Of a stretch of DNA of 64,000 nt, positions 1-7,272 are shown piece after piece; within the stretch, counting starts at the first letter, position 1, and every line of letters starts with the position of its first letter. The notes below the pieces were generated by a model, which had not been told where the DNA came from, made no database searches, and saw nothing but the letters and a program-made list of their open reading frames with translations. The translations under genes and the position numbers were made by a program. Source of the stretch: a virus (taxonomy: Duplodnaviria; Caudoviricetes); the IMG/VR virus record IMGVR_UViG_3300026541_000034, positions 3,257 to 67,256 of that record; one strand, 5' to 3'.

Positions 1-326
1 GTGATGAAAATGAAATTATAAGCATCAGCTCCAGTCAATTGATTGTTGGTGAAGACGGCACCGGAGACTATGCGGTCTCATTTAATGCTAATTTTACCAG
101 CGATGCTGGTAGCAATTGCACTGCCCATTTGCGTATTAATGGTTTTGATACGACCAAGATCAAAGACGAACACCCTGGAGATAGTTCAGAGCTAGGAGAT
201 TTATCGGCCTCGGGTATAATGAAGTTGATAGAAGACGATTATCTCGAATTGCATTTTGAATCTGAAGATTCGGGTGACACGATTAAGGTGTATCAAGTGA
301 ATTTGAACATCAGGCGTATTTCATGA
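1..326 (+). CDS. 5'-truncated protein ending in a C1q/TNF-like jelly-roll domain (fibre/receptor-binding C-terminus)
   Basis: Frame open from position 3; G-D-Y-A-V-S-F..L-R-I-N-G..SASGIMKL..DDYLELH pattern of C1q-like domains. Confidence 0.65.
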   Translation, partial: DENEIISISSSQLIVGEDGTGDYAVSFNANFTSDAGSNCTAHLRINGFDTTKIKDEHPGDSSELGDLSASGIMKLIEDDYLELHFESEDSGDTIKVYQVNLNIRRIS

Positions 327-363
327 GTATGTATGGAATATAGTGACACGGAGTAACAGATAG

Positions 364-445
364 TTTATTCAATTAATTATGGAATCTGATGATTCGGGCT
401 GAAACGATTAAGGTCTATCAGGTTAATATCAGACGGATTTCATAA
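364..445 (+). pseudogene. Degenerate second copy of the 3' end of the C1q-like gene
   Basis: Translates FIQLIMESDDSG/(frameshift)ETIKVYQVNIRRIS* versus YLELHFESEDSGDTIKVYQVNLNIRRIS* at about 240-326. Confidence 0.8.
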
Positions 446-454
446 GGGATTGCT

Positions 455-634
455 ATGACACCAGTGGAAGCTTGGAAGGTTGTTCATCAAATAGCGAGAA
501 CTGCTCCTGTACCGGGAGATGTTGGCGACGCGAGGGATGAAGCTTTGGAAATATTGAGGCAATTGGCTGAAACAGAAGTTCGAAATGAGAAAAAGCAGGC
601 GGCCACAGAAAAGCCTAAATCGAAACATCAGTGA
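455..634 (+). CDS. Small hypothetical protein (59 aa)
   Basis: ATG..TGA ORF MTPVEAWKVVHQ..., AAGGGA upstream; below ORF-track cutoff. Confidence 0.5.
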   Translation: MTPVEAWKVVHQIARTAPVPGDVGDARDEALEILRQLAETEVRNEKKQAATEKPKSKHQ

Positions 635-827
635 ATGGATTGGTACAGCCATTGATGACAAGCCACGCAAGCGCGAGTGACATCCATAAAGGCATTGGCG
701 AGTTTCCGTTCTCGATGTTGGCGATTTGCCGCCCCGTATATCCGAGTATTTGACCGAGCTTTGCTTGTGAAAGCCTAAGCTGTTTTTTGCGCACGGACTT
801 CATGGTTGCTGGTGCAAGTGGTTGCAT
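615..827 (-). CDS. XRE/Cro-C1-type helix-turn-helix protein
   Basis: LSQAKLGQILGYTGRQIANIENG motif. Confidence 0.85.
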   Translation of the reverse strand: MQPLAPATMKSVRKKQLRLSQAKLGQILGYTGRQIANIENGNSPMPLWMSLALAWLVINGCTNPFTDVSI

Positions 828-842
828 AATATGGCCTTTCAT

Positions 843-888
843 ATAGATGGGGTGGTTGGCCCGATTCTCCGGAATCGGGCCGTCTTAT
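843..888 (-). repeat. Intergenic stem-loop, family A
   Basis: TAAGAC-GGCCCGATTC-CGGA-GAATCGGGCC directly after the upstream stop codon. Confidence 0.8.
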
Positions 889-1307
889 CAGGCCGGTATT
901 TCTTTGGCCTGTTCTTCTACTTCAATGTTCTCAAGTCCATTAGGGCCGCATTGGTTAAATTGAAAGTCAAAGTCACCAGGGCCTTCTTCTTTGATGGTTT
1001 CTCTCACTTGCGCGACCGCTTCGGCTGGTGTGGTGGCCAGAACGGTCACGGTAGCTTGAAGGGAATCAGTGGCTTCGGCGTTGACAGTGACGTCAAACGT
1101 TTTCAGCTTTTTATCGCCAGGTAAGACGAATTTATCGAATTCATTTATTTCTGGCATTGATAGGGGATATTCGGGTTCGCCTTCTAATGAACACCTAAGA
1201 AATTCGACTCCTTGAGCGCCCTTGTCTTGTATGCAATACAACCCTTGATCAGTGTTGCGGTAATATACGCGGCAAAAGTCCGCGTCTACTCTGTCAAAAT
1301 TGAACAT
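888..1307 (-). CDS. Hypothetical early protein (acidic)
   Basis: ORF MFNFDRVDADFCRVYY..., SD AAGGGA. Confidence 0.7.
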   Translation of the reverse strand: MFNFDRVDADFCRVYYRNTDQGLYCIQDKGAQGVEFLRCSLEGEPEYPLSMPEINEFDKFVLPGDKKLKTFDVTVNAEATDSLQATVTVLATTPAEAVAQVRETIKEEGPGDFDFQFNQCGPNGLENIEVEEQAKEIPA

Positions 1308-1324
1308 TACTACATCCCTTGCAT

Positions 1325-1384
1325 GATGCATGATTGCATCTCATGCCGCGCCACCATTGGGCAGCGCGGCATAGGTCGCAATCA
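1325..1384 (-). repeat. Intergenic stem-loop, family B
   Basis: TGATTGC-GA-CCT-ATGCCGCG..CGCGGCAT-GAG-AT-GCAATCA-TGCATC; begins with the stop codon TGA. Confidence 0.85.
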
Positions 1385-2035
1385 GGCGGCCTTTTCGATA
1401 AGCTTCAATTCATGGCCGGTCTGATGGACGAAGTCGGGCATAGTACCGAGATCGTCTGATTCGTTTACGCGAAGGCGCATTATAATAACCACGACGTTCT
1501 TATGGCCAGCAAATCGGACGACTCCGGGTGATTCTTTTCCGGAATTCATTTGCAATGCGTGGCTGTTGAGATCCATGCATGTCTTCGCGGCCATTGCCAT
1601 ATAAGACGGCGCATAAGCGTTTGAGTATTCGCCATGGCCGCTCATATCGATAGGGAATACGCGGCGGTAATCGGGAAATGTTCCTTCAATAAAAGGCCGC
1701 GATGATATTGCTATCGCTTCTTCTTTAAACTGTCCTTTCGTTGCGTAGACAATGACTTCACCCATATCCGCGCGAAGCCTAGTCTTGCAATCCTTTTTCG
1801 GCTTGCATGCCGCTAAAACTGGCTTGCTCACTTCGACAATTGCAGGCTCTGCGCAATAGCCGGACTCGTCGTGAATGGCTATTGCAACATGTCCATTCGT
1901 TGCTACCATCAAGACGCCACCTTCTGGATGAGGTGTCACATAGACGCCCATCAGGTAATAGCGCGTTTCTTCTTTTGAAACATATGGATAGCAAAGTCTA
2001 AAAAGGTTTGCGTCAACATCGATAGGTTTTTGCAT
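1382..2035 (-). CDS. DNA polymerase III beta-clamp-like protein, N-terminally shortened (217 aa)
   Basis: ETRYYLMGVY, VATNGH and IEGTFPDYRRVFP match the DnaN middle-domain motifs ETRYYLNG/VATDGHRL/IDGxFPDY. Confidence 0.8.
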   Translation of the reverse strand: MQKPIDVDANLFRLCYPYVSKEETRYYLMGVYVTPHPEGGVLMVATNGHVAIAIHDESGYCAEPAIVEVSKPVLAACKPKKDCKTRLRADMGEVIVYATKGQFKEEAIAISSRPFIEGTFPDYRRVFPIDMSGHGEYSNAYAPSYMAMAAKTCMDLNSHALQMNSGKESPGVVRFAGHKNVVVIIMRLRVNESDDLGTMPDFVHQTGHELKLIEKAA

Positions 2036-2069
2036 TTTTCTATTTCCCATTAAGTTAGCATTTTCGGAC

Positions 2070-2117
2070 CTAAGTCCGTCGCCCCACACTCGCGAGAATG
2101 TGGGGGAACTGGCTTAG
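2070..2117 (-). repeat. Intergenic stem-loop, family A
   Basis: CTAAGCCAGTT-CCCCCACATTC-TCGC-GAGTGTGGGG-CGACGGACTTAG. Confidence 0.9.
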
Positions 2118-2416
2118 CAGTTGAGATCCACGCAAAGACTGTCTATTGCTGAATCGTTCAAAATGTCTTGATCTCCACAGTCATGGCGTTGTAGGCTTCT
2201 AAGACCTTCAATGATTGTGTATATTTCGAGATCATTGAGTGGGTACATAGACTCTTTTCTTTTTTCCAGGTCATTGACTTCCTGTAGAGAAGCTTTAAGC
2301 CAATGGAATTGATTGGGAATCATTTTATGTGTAAGTTGATTTGTTTCTATAAAGTGAGTTAGTTGAAAACTAATCGTTCTATACAGTTCTAAAAGCTTTT
2401 TGTCTTTCTGGTCCAT
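2114..2416 (-). CDS. Hypothetical early protein, paralog of 2490-2702
   Basis: Shared QK..LL..Y..L...IE...LT..MIP....WL pattern; start context GGATATAGAAATG. Confidence 0.75.
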   Translation of the reverse strand: MDQKDKKLLELYRTISFQLTHFIETNQLTHKMIPNQFHWLKASLQEVNDLEKRKESMYPLNDLEIYTIIEGLRSLQRHDCGDQDILNDSAIDSLCVDLNC

Positions 2417-2439
2417 TTCTATATCCTCATGTTGTCGGG

Positions 2440-2487
2440 CTAGGCCCGTCGCCCTGCACTCTCACGAATGCAGGGAAAGAGGCTTAG
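2440..2487 (-). repeat. Intergenic stem-loop, family A
   Basis: CTAAGCCTCTTT-CCCTGCATTC-GTGA-GAGTGCAGGG-CGACGGGCCTAG. Confidence 0.9.
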
Positions 2488-2489
2488 TT

Positions 2490-2702
2490 TCATGCAAACT
2501 GGTCTCTAAGGCGAGTAAGGCTTATTGTTAGAGGGTTGCCTTGCTTAACCTTTACCTCCATGTCGATGGCTTCTAGCAGAGTAAGCAGAAGCCAATCATA
2601 ATCATCTGGTATCATTTCGTATGTAAGCCTACCGCCTTCGATCATGTCTGATAGGCCGTCATGAAGTGCTTCATATTTCTGCAAGAGCGTTTTCTGTGTC
2701 AT
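2490..2702 (-). CDS. Hypothetical early protein, paralog of 2114-2416
   Basis: MTQKTLLQKYEAL..LTYEMIPDDYDWL; same GGATATAGAAATG start context. Confidence 0.75.
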   Translation of the reverse strand: MTQKTLLQKYEALHDGLSDMIEGGRLTYEMIPDDYDWLLLTLLEAIDMEVKVKQGNPLTISLTRLRDQFA

Positions 2703-2726
2703 TTCTATATCCCTTTTTGTGGTGCG

Positions 2727-2783
2727 CTTAGTACGCCCCATGATCCGGCCGGACGAATCCGGCCGGACTTGCGAAGTACTTAG
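2727..2783 (-). repeat. Intergenic stem-loop, family A-like
   Basis: CTAAGTAC..TCCGGCCGGA-TTCG-TCCGGCCGGA..GTACTAAG; UUCG loop. Confidence 0.8.
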
Positions 2784-3328
2784 GCTTCCATCATTTCGTC
2801 ATAGATTTTGCATATGACGTAATCGATAGAGATCGCTTGACCGCTAGTAGGTCGGCCCCAAATAATGAGACCTTCAAAATCCATATCTACTTTTTCGCCT
2901 TTCTCTGCCAGCCTTTCGGCTAGGTACTTAGATACGATCCAGTGTTCATAAATTTCGACTTGATGCGGTTCTAAATTGTTGTGTTCGCAGTAATCCTGAT
3001 TACTGGTTTCCGCAATTTGCGAAATCATAGCCGTTCTGAGATCCTCAATTGGTTCATCATCACTGCAGGCAAATCCCCAATTTTCCAGGTAAGCAGTGAC
3101 GCTTTCCCGGTCTAGGTTGCGGACATGCTCAAATACAGGTTCTTCGTAATCATCTACGGGGCAAGACAGCTCAAAAGCCTTCTCGCATAGTTCGCTGAGT
3201 TCGCCTTTTGTTGTGCCGTATCCATTCGCAAGCGTACGGACAAGGCCATTAGCGCTATGACGAACTTCTTGGCTCACGAAATCAGAGACACAGCGTTGGT
3301 AATGGGCGTCTAAGTATTTGTCGTTCAT
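2780..3328 (-). CDS. Acidic hypothetical phage early protein
   Basis: 182-aa ORF with EIYEHWIVS..WGRPTSGQAI motif; SD GAAGGA. Confidence 0.8.
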   Translation of the reverse strand: MNDKYLDAHYQRCVSDFVSQEVRHSANGLVRTLANGYGTTKGELSELCEKAFELSCPVDDYEEPVFEHVRNLDRESVTAYLENWGFACSDDEPIEDLRTAMISQIAETSNQDYCEHNNLEPHQVEIYEHWIVSKYLAERLAEKGEKVDMDFEGLIIWGRPTSGQAISIDYVICKIYDEMMEA

Positions 3329-3335
3329 AATTTGT

Positions 3336-3405
3336 CCTTCGCCACTCGATGCCTAATTGCATCCCATACCGCGCCACTAGGGCGACGCGGTAAAGGCTGG
3401 AATTA
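3336..3405 (-). repeat. Intergenic stem-loop, family B
   Basis: TAATTCC-AG-CCT-TTACCGCG..CGCGGTAT-GGG-AT-GCAATTA-GGCATCGAGTGGCGAAGG. Confidence 0.85.
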
Positions 3406-3645
3406 CAGCGCAATGGCTTGCGCTAGGTGCTTGAAATAATGCAGCACGTCGCCATTCAGGAAGTCAATTTTAACGATTGTGGTCTTGATCGCGTCTCGTT
3501 CGTTTCTGGGTGCTTGTTTCATTGCTTCGACAAGACAGCCAACGGGGATTCTATTTTCTCCACTTGGCCCATCGACAACAAGCATTTGCTCTGCGTCGAT
3601 TCCCTTTTCACTTAGAAACGTGTCAAGCCATTTTGAAAATGTCAT
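3403..3645 (-). CDS. Conserved hypothetical phage protein
   Basis: MTFSKWLDTFLSEKG..IVKIDFLNGDVLHYFKHLA; SD GAAGG. Confidence 0.8.
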   Translation of the reverse strand: MTFSKWLDTFLSEKGIDAEQMLVVDGPSGENRIPVGCLVEAMKQAPRNERDAIKTTIVKIDFLNGDVLHYFKHLAQAIAL

Positions 3646-3651
3646 GGTGTA

Positions 3652-3717
3652 CCTTCGCCACTTGATGCTTGATTGCATCCCGCGCCACGCCGCAAAGTGT
3701 GGTGCAGGTTGAAATCA
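3652..3717 (-). repeat. Intergenic stem-loop, family B
   Basis: TGATTTC-AA-CCT-GCACCACAC..GCGTGGCGC-GGG-AT-GCAATCA-AGCATCAAGTGGCGAAGG. Confidence 0.85.
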
Positions 3718-3720
3718 ATT

Positions 3721-3769
3721 CTCAGTGTCTTCAAGGTCAACCTGCTAACAGGATGACCGAGAGGCTTAG
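3721..3769 (-). repeat. Intergenic stem-loop, family A
   Basis: CTAAGCCTCTC-GGTCA-T-CCTG-TTAG-CAGG-T-TGACC..GACACTGAG; in tandem with a family B element. Confidence 0.75.
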
Positions 3770-3966
3770 GCGTATTTGGCGATATGCTTGAGAAAGATTT
3801 CTAGGTCGGTTCCGCCATTTCGTAAAAATACCAGACTAATTTCAGCCAGCATGGTCATGGTAGCGTCACATTCTGCGATCTCGTCCATGACATATTCGCG
3901 GTTCCCATTTATCCAAGAAATATACAGTTCGGTTGCACGTTCGGCTGTACCGATTACCATTTTCAT
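3766..3966 (-). CDS. Hypothetical protein, first gene of the early operon
   Basis: 66-aa ORF, SD AGAGGA. Confidence 0.7.
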   Translation of the reverse strand: MKMVIGTAERATELYISWINGNREYVMDEIAECDATMTMLAEISLVFLRNGGTDLEIFLKHIAKYA

Positions 3967-4093
3967 TTTCCTCTAAGGTTTGACCTTAAAGAAACTGAGA
4001 AGCACCTTGAGCGTCTGCTCTTTTCCCGCTTCGCCGTTCGTGTCCACCTTACGCGGTTTCGGGCTCTGCGTTGTCTGCTGCTGTTGTCCCTTC

Positions 4094-4122
4094 AATATAA
4101 GAACTCATTTCCTATTTGTCAA
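4094..4122 (-). promoter_or_regulatory. Sigma70-type promoter of the early operon
   Basis: TTGACA (4122-4117), 17-nt spacer, TATATT (4099-4094). Confidence 0.8.
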
Positions 4123-4154
4123 GTGGGCCTTATGAAATAGTTTCTGGTGACGTC

Positions 4155-4676
4155 ATGACCGAAAATACTAAAAATGCTCTTGTCGTGTACGACGGCGAGG
4201 AATCGCCTTTCGGCCTGCCAGACTTGACGGATAGTCAAATGAATTTCGTGCTTGGGATCGTCGCGGGGAAGAACGCTTCGGACGCCTACCGCGCGGCGTA
4301 CAACGCGGAAAACATGAGCGCGCCGGCCATTTGGGTAGAAGCCAGCCGGCTACGGTCTAATACTAAGGTCGCCCTATGGCTGGAACATGTGAAGGAGATG
4401 GCGCTTATTGACATTGCTTGCACTCGTGAAGCTCATCTTCGCGAACTTGAGCGATTAAAATTCTTGGCGCTAAAAAATAACAACATGGTCGCCGCGATCA
4501 ACTGCGAACATCTGCGCGGCAAGGTGTGCGGACTCTATGTGGAGCTACGCGCCGACGTTACGCCTCCTGATCCGATACGGACCTTGAACGAGATCGCAAA
4601 GCTGAATCCGCAACTCGCAGAAGCGCTGGCCGTGAAACACAATGTCGCATGGCAGCTTAAGGAAACAGTCCATTGA
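4155..4676 (+). CDS. terS: Terminase small subunit
   Basis: LTDSQMNFV..GKNASDAYRAAY..ASRL..N.KV HTH pattern of Terminase_2. Confidence 0.8.
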   Translation: MTENTKNALVVYDGEESPFGLPDLTDSQMNFVLGIVAGKNASDAYRAAYNAENMSAPAIWVEASRLRSNTKVALWLEHVKEMALIDIACTREAHLRELERLKFLALKNNNMVAAINCEHLRGKVCGLYVELRADVTPPDPIRTLNEIAKLNPQLAEALAVKHNVAWQLKETVH

Positions 4677-4960
4677 GCAAGCGTCCTTTCCTCGTCAATG
4701 ACCAAACGAATGTCGTCCACATGGGGCCGGTTCGGGAAAGCCATGAAAAGCGTTTAGAGAACTTGAAGGAAATCATCGCGGTTCAGCTACTTGACGGGCA
4801 TTGGAACCTTGACCCGTATATGCTCGGTTTGGCCAATGGCTTGCTCCTCGCGCAATCAATCATGGACGAGATTGACCCAAAATTTCTTTACGCGCCGGAC
4901 GCCTGGAAAGCGGACGAGATCGCGAACTGTGAACCGCCCCAACCGGAAAGTACAGCATGA
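4673..4960 (+). CDS. Hypothetical protein
   Basis: ORF overlapping the terS stop and the next start. Confidence 0.6.
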   Translation: MSKRPFLVNDQTNVVHMGPVRESHEKRLENLKEIIAVQLLDGHWNLDPYMLGLANGLLLAQSIMDEIDPKFLYAPDAWKADEIANCEPPQPESTA

Positions 4961-5484
4961 CAACGATTGTTACAGATGGCCGCATTGTCGCCTCGGATAC
5001 CCAAGCCGATTGTGGTGGCGTAATAGACTCCGGTAATCACGATAAAGTGATCGAATATAAAGGAAAAGTGTTCGCGCTTTGCGGCGCGGTTGCATTCCTT
5101 CAACCTCTGGCAGAGTGGTATATTGCTGGCAAAGATCCGCAATCTATGCCGCGCGGCGATAAAGAAAATCGGAATCTCCATTATGCATTTTGGGCCTTCG
5201 ATGCTGGAAAGCTCTGGGAATTCAATCACACTATGCCCTATCCGGTTGAATGCTTCGCCCCTGCTTTCTTTGGTAGTGGCCGCGAGATTGCATTAGGTGC
5301 TTTCGCGTCAAATCCATCGCCAGTCGAAGCGGTAAGGAAGGCTATGAAATGGGACGTCTATACAGGGGGCGAAGTGCGAGTCCTTGAATTGCCAAAGCAT
5401 TTGCAGATTGCCCAAAGTGAGCCCGGTATCATCGAACAAGCGGCGCCTGTAAACGGAACAGAGCCAGCTTGGATGAATGACTAA
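4957..5484 (+). CDS. HslV/proteasome-beta-like Ntn peptidase
   Basis: N-terminal MTTIV, ASDTQ, DKV, GSG..ALGA..EAV..A...D.YTGG. Confidence 0.8.
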   Translation: MTTIVTDGRIVASDTQADCGGVIDSGNHDKVIEYKGKVFALCGAVAFLQPLAEWYIAGKDPQSMPRGDKENRNLHYAFWAFDAGKLWEFNHTMPYPVECFAPAFFGSGREIALGAFASNPSPVEAVRKAMKWDVYTGGEVRVLELPKHLQIAQSEPGIIEQAAPVNGTEPAWMND

Positions 5485-5547
5485 ACTATCTTGCATTGCC
5501 TGATTCGTCGTGGTAGATCGAAAGGTGTTGTCATTGGAAGGGCAAGT

Positions 5548-5733
5548 ATGACGATTGTTGCTAATCGCCACTATCGGCAATCGTTGGCTATGTGGGTTCA
5601 CCTCCTAAGTCCTTGCTCACTCATTGGCCACACTTGGAACGGAGCGACTGCCATTTTTCCCCCGCCGGTTCAGTGGCAGTCGCTCGAATTCTTCGGGGAT
5701 GGCATGAGGCAACTCTATCCTTCTAGAATTTAG
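5548..5733 (+). CDS. Small hypothetical protein
   Basis: ATG with SD GGAAGG. Confidence 0.4.
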   Translation: MTIVANRHYRQSLAMWVHLLSPCSLIGHTWNGATAIFPPPVQWQSLEFFGDGMRQLYPSRI

Positions 5734-5742
5734 TTTCCTTCT

Positions 5743-5790
5743 AGGATGGGTGACTGTCATTCGATCGCAACTTATGGCAGTCACCTACCT
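5743..5790. terminator. Long hairpin where the two operons converge
   Basis: GGTGACTGTCAT..ATGGCAGTCACC stem. Confidence 0.6.
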
Positions 5791-6003
5791 TGAAAAATGA
5801 AAAGTAGTCCCATTGAAAACCAGTCGGCAACAGTCCCACTTCCAGCGCCGCGCCGTGAGACAAGGCGACATAGCTAAGTAAGCCTTGGTCGCCCTTTCCT
5901 CGCATCCATGATCACGAAGCCATTGATTGAACAGAAGGACAGCTTCGAACTCATGTTCAGCATGGCCTAAGAGCTGGGTGCTTAGGTAGACCGGATGTTT
6001 CAT
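5785..6003 (-). CDS. Hypothetical protein
   Basis: 72-aa ORF coupled to the upstream gene by ATGA overlap. Confidence 0.6.
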   Translation of the reverse strand: MKHPVYLSTQLLGHAEHEFEAVLLFNQWLRDHGCEERATKAYLAMSPCLTARRWKWDCCRLVFNGTTFHFSR

Positions 6004-6320
6004 TGCTTGGGTTCGTCTGCCAGCGCAACCATAGCCTTACCGGTTTCCAAGTCCAGGTAGGAGAAAACCATTTCGAATGAAATGCTATCCGCGCGCGGTT
6101 CATAGCCTTGTGATATCGCGAAGGCTTCCAGGTTCCTACGCATATGCGTAAGAGTGCGTATCTGCACCCGATGGACAATCTTACGCGCAACCTTGCGCAG
6201 GCGGGACATAATTATTGGGTGATTGGCCATGTATGAAAAAAGGCCGTATTCGTTCTCAGCAATCTGGCTGGCAACGCCGTCTATAAAATCTTCTTCAGTC
6301 ATTGCATACCTCGCAATCAT
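6000..6320 (-). CDS. Hypothetical protein
   Basis: ORF in the minus-strand operon; start uncertain. Confidence 0.6.
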   Translation of the reverse strand: MIARYAMTEEDFIDGVASQIAENEYGLFSYMANHPIIMSRLRKVARKIVHRVQIRTLTHMRRNLEAFAISQGYEPRADSISFEMVFSYLDLETGKAMVALADEPKQ

Positions 6321-6549
6321 CTAGGGGGCACGGCTCAAGATCGCCGATTCCAGATAGTAGATCTTTTCCAATCCATGGCCAATTTGGTTTCTTGCGATCA
6401 TCCCATAGACACCAGCTATGCATCCCATAGCCAAACCATTTACCCGTAGGCGCGTAAATAGTAATGTGGTGGCGCGAACCGCTTTTGTCTTGCATTAGCT
6501 CAATGCCGTTCAGTGCAGCCCACGCTAAAATCTCTCGCTTCGTTTTCAT
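6295..6549 (-). CDS. His/Cys-rich small protein, paralog 1 (CPLDDCEVC)
   Basis: MKTKREILAW..HHITIYAP..H..C.W..KPNW..EPCPLDDCEVC. Confidence 0.8.
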   Translation of the reverse strand: MKTKREILAWAALNGIELMQDKSGSRHHITIYAPTGKWFGYGMHSWCLWDDRKKPNWPWIGKDLLSGIGDLEPCPLDDCEVCND

Positions 6550-6598
6550 GGTATTCTCCAATGAAGAAGGCGGCCACTCGATCATGACCGCCTCGCTA

Positions 6599-6850
6599 TT
6601 AGCTGTGACAGACTTCGCAGTCATCCAGGGGACACGGCTCTATTTCGCCACCACTAAGCAAGTCTCGCCCAATGTATGCCCAGTCCGGCTTTGATCCGCT
6701 CCATACGCATAAATTGTGAATGCCATGGGAAGCAAACCACATGCCGTTAGGTGCATAGAGATGTATGTGGTGATCACAAAAGCTGTACTCTTGATCCATG
6801 TGGATATCATGGAGCTTAAGCCATGCTAAAACTTCTCGTTTCGTTTTCAT
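6599..6850 (-). CDS. His/Cys-rich small protein, paralog 2 (CPLDDCEVC)
   Basis: MKTKREVLAW..HHIHLYAP..H..C.W..KPDW..EPCPLDDCEVC. Confidence 0.8.
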   Translation of the reverse strand: MKTKREVLAWLKLHDIHMDQEYSFCDHHIHLYAPNGMWFASHGIHNLCVWSGSKPDWAYIGRDLLSGGEIEPCPLDDCEVCHS

Positions 6851-6981
6851 ATCATCATGCCCACAATCAGGCCAGCAATCTGCAGAGTGATGTAAACCGC
6901 TCCCAGAGCCATCACCGTCTTGAAACTCATGAGCTTGTCAATAAAGTCACTCATGATAAATCTTACTAATAATTCTCTCAT
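6847..6981 (-). CDS. Small membrane peptide
   Basis: C-terminal hydrophobic helix VMALGAVYITLQIAGLIVGMMI; start uncertain. Confidence 0.5.
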   Translation of the reverse strand: MRELLVRFIMSDFIDKLMSFKTVMALGAVYITLQIAGLIVGMMI

Positions 6982-7272
6982 TTTGTCGCCTTTCAATAAG
7001 AGGGTATGCAAAATTAAATTTGCTAAATTAATTGTCGCGTGGTATTCAATGATCGTTAGAACTTTTGAAACTGTCGAACTGTGCTTCACATGATGGCGGG
7101 TTTTGGTGTGAACTTCTGAAACCCGTCATTGTGTTTTTTAATTTGAAATGAAAAAGGTCGCCCGCGCGCGTATAGTATAGGGTAAGGGCATGCTGGCTGT
7201 AGGGTAAAAGTTGAATTGTGCTCGTGCTTCTCGTTTTGGGTAGCCGCCCCGATGGTCTGGGGCGGCCTTGGT

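Noticed and set aside
240-445. Diversity-generating retroelement VR/TR pair
   Set aside because: Differences are largely synonymous and not adenine-specific, there are indels, and no reverse transcriptase is in the window.
843-3769. CRISPR array or intrinsic terminators
   Set aside because: The repeats are degenerate, separated by whole genes, lack U-tracts, and no cas genes are present.
3972-4094. 40-aa TTG-start ORF in the early leader
   Set aside because: Its start codon lies inside the -10 element, upstream of the predicted TSS.
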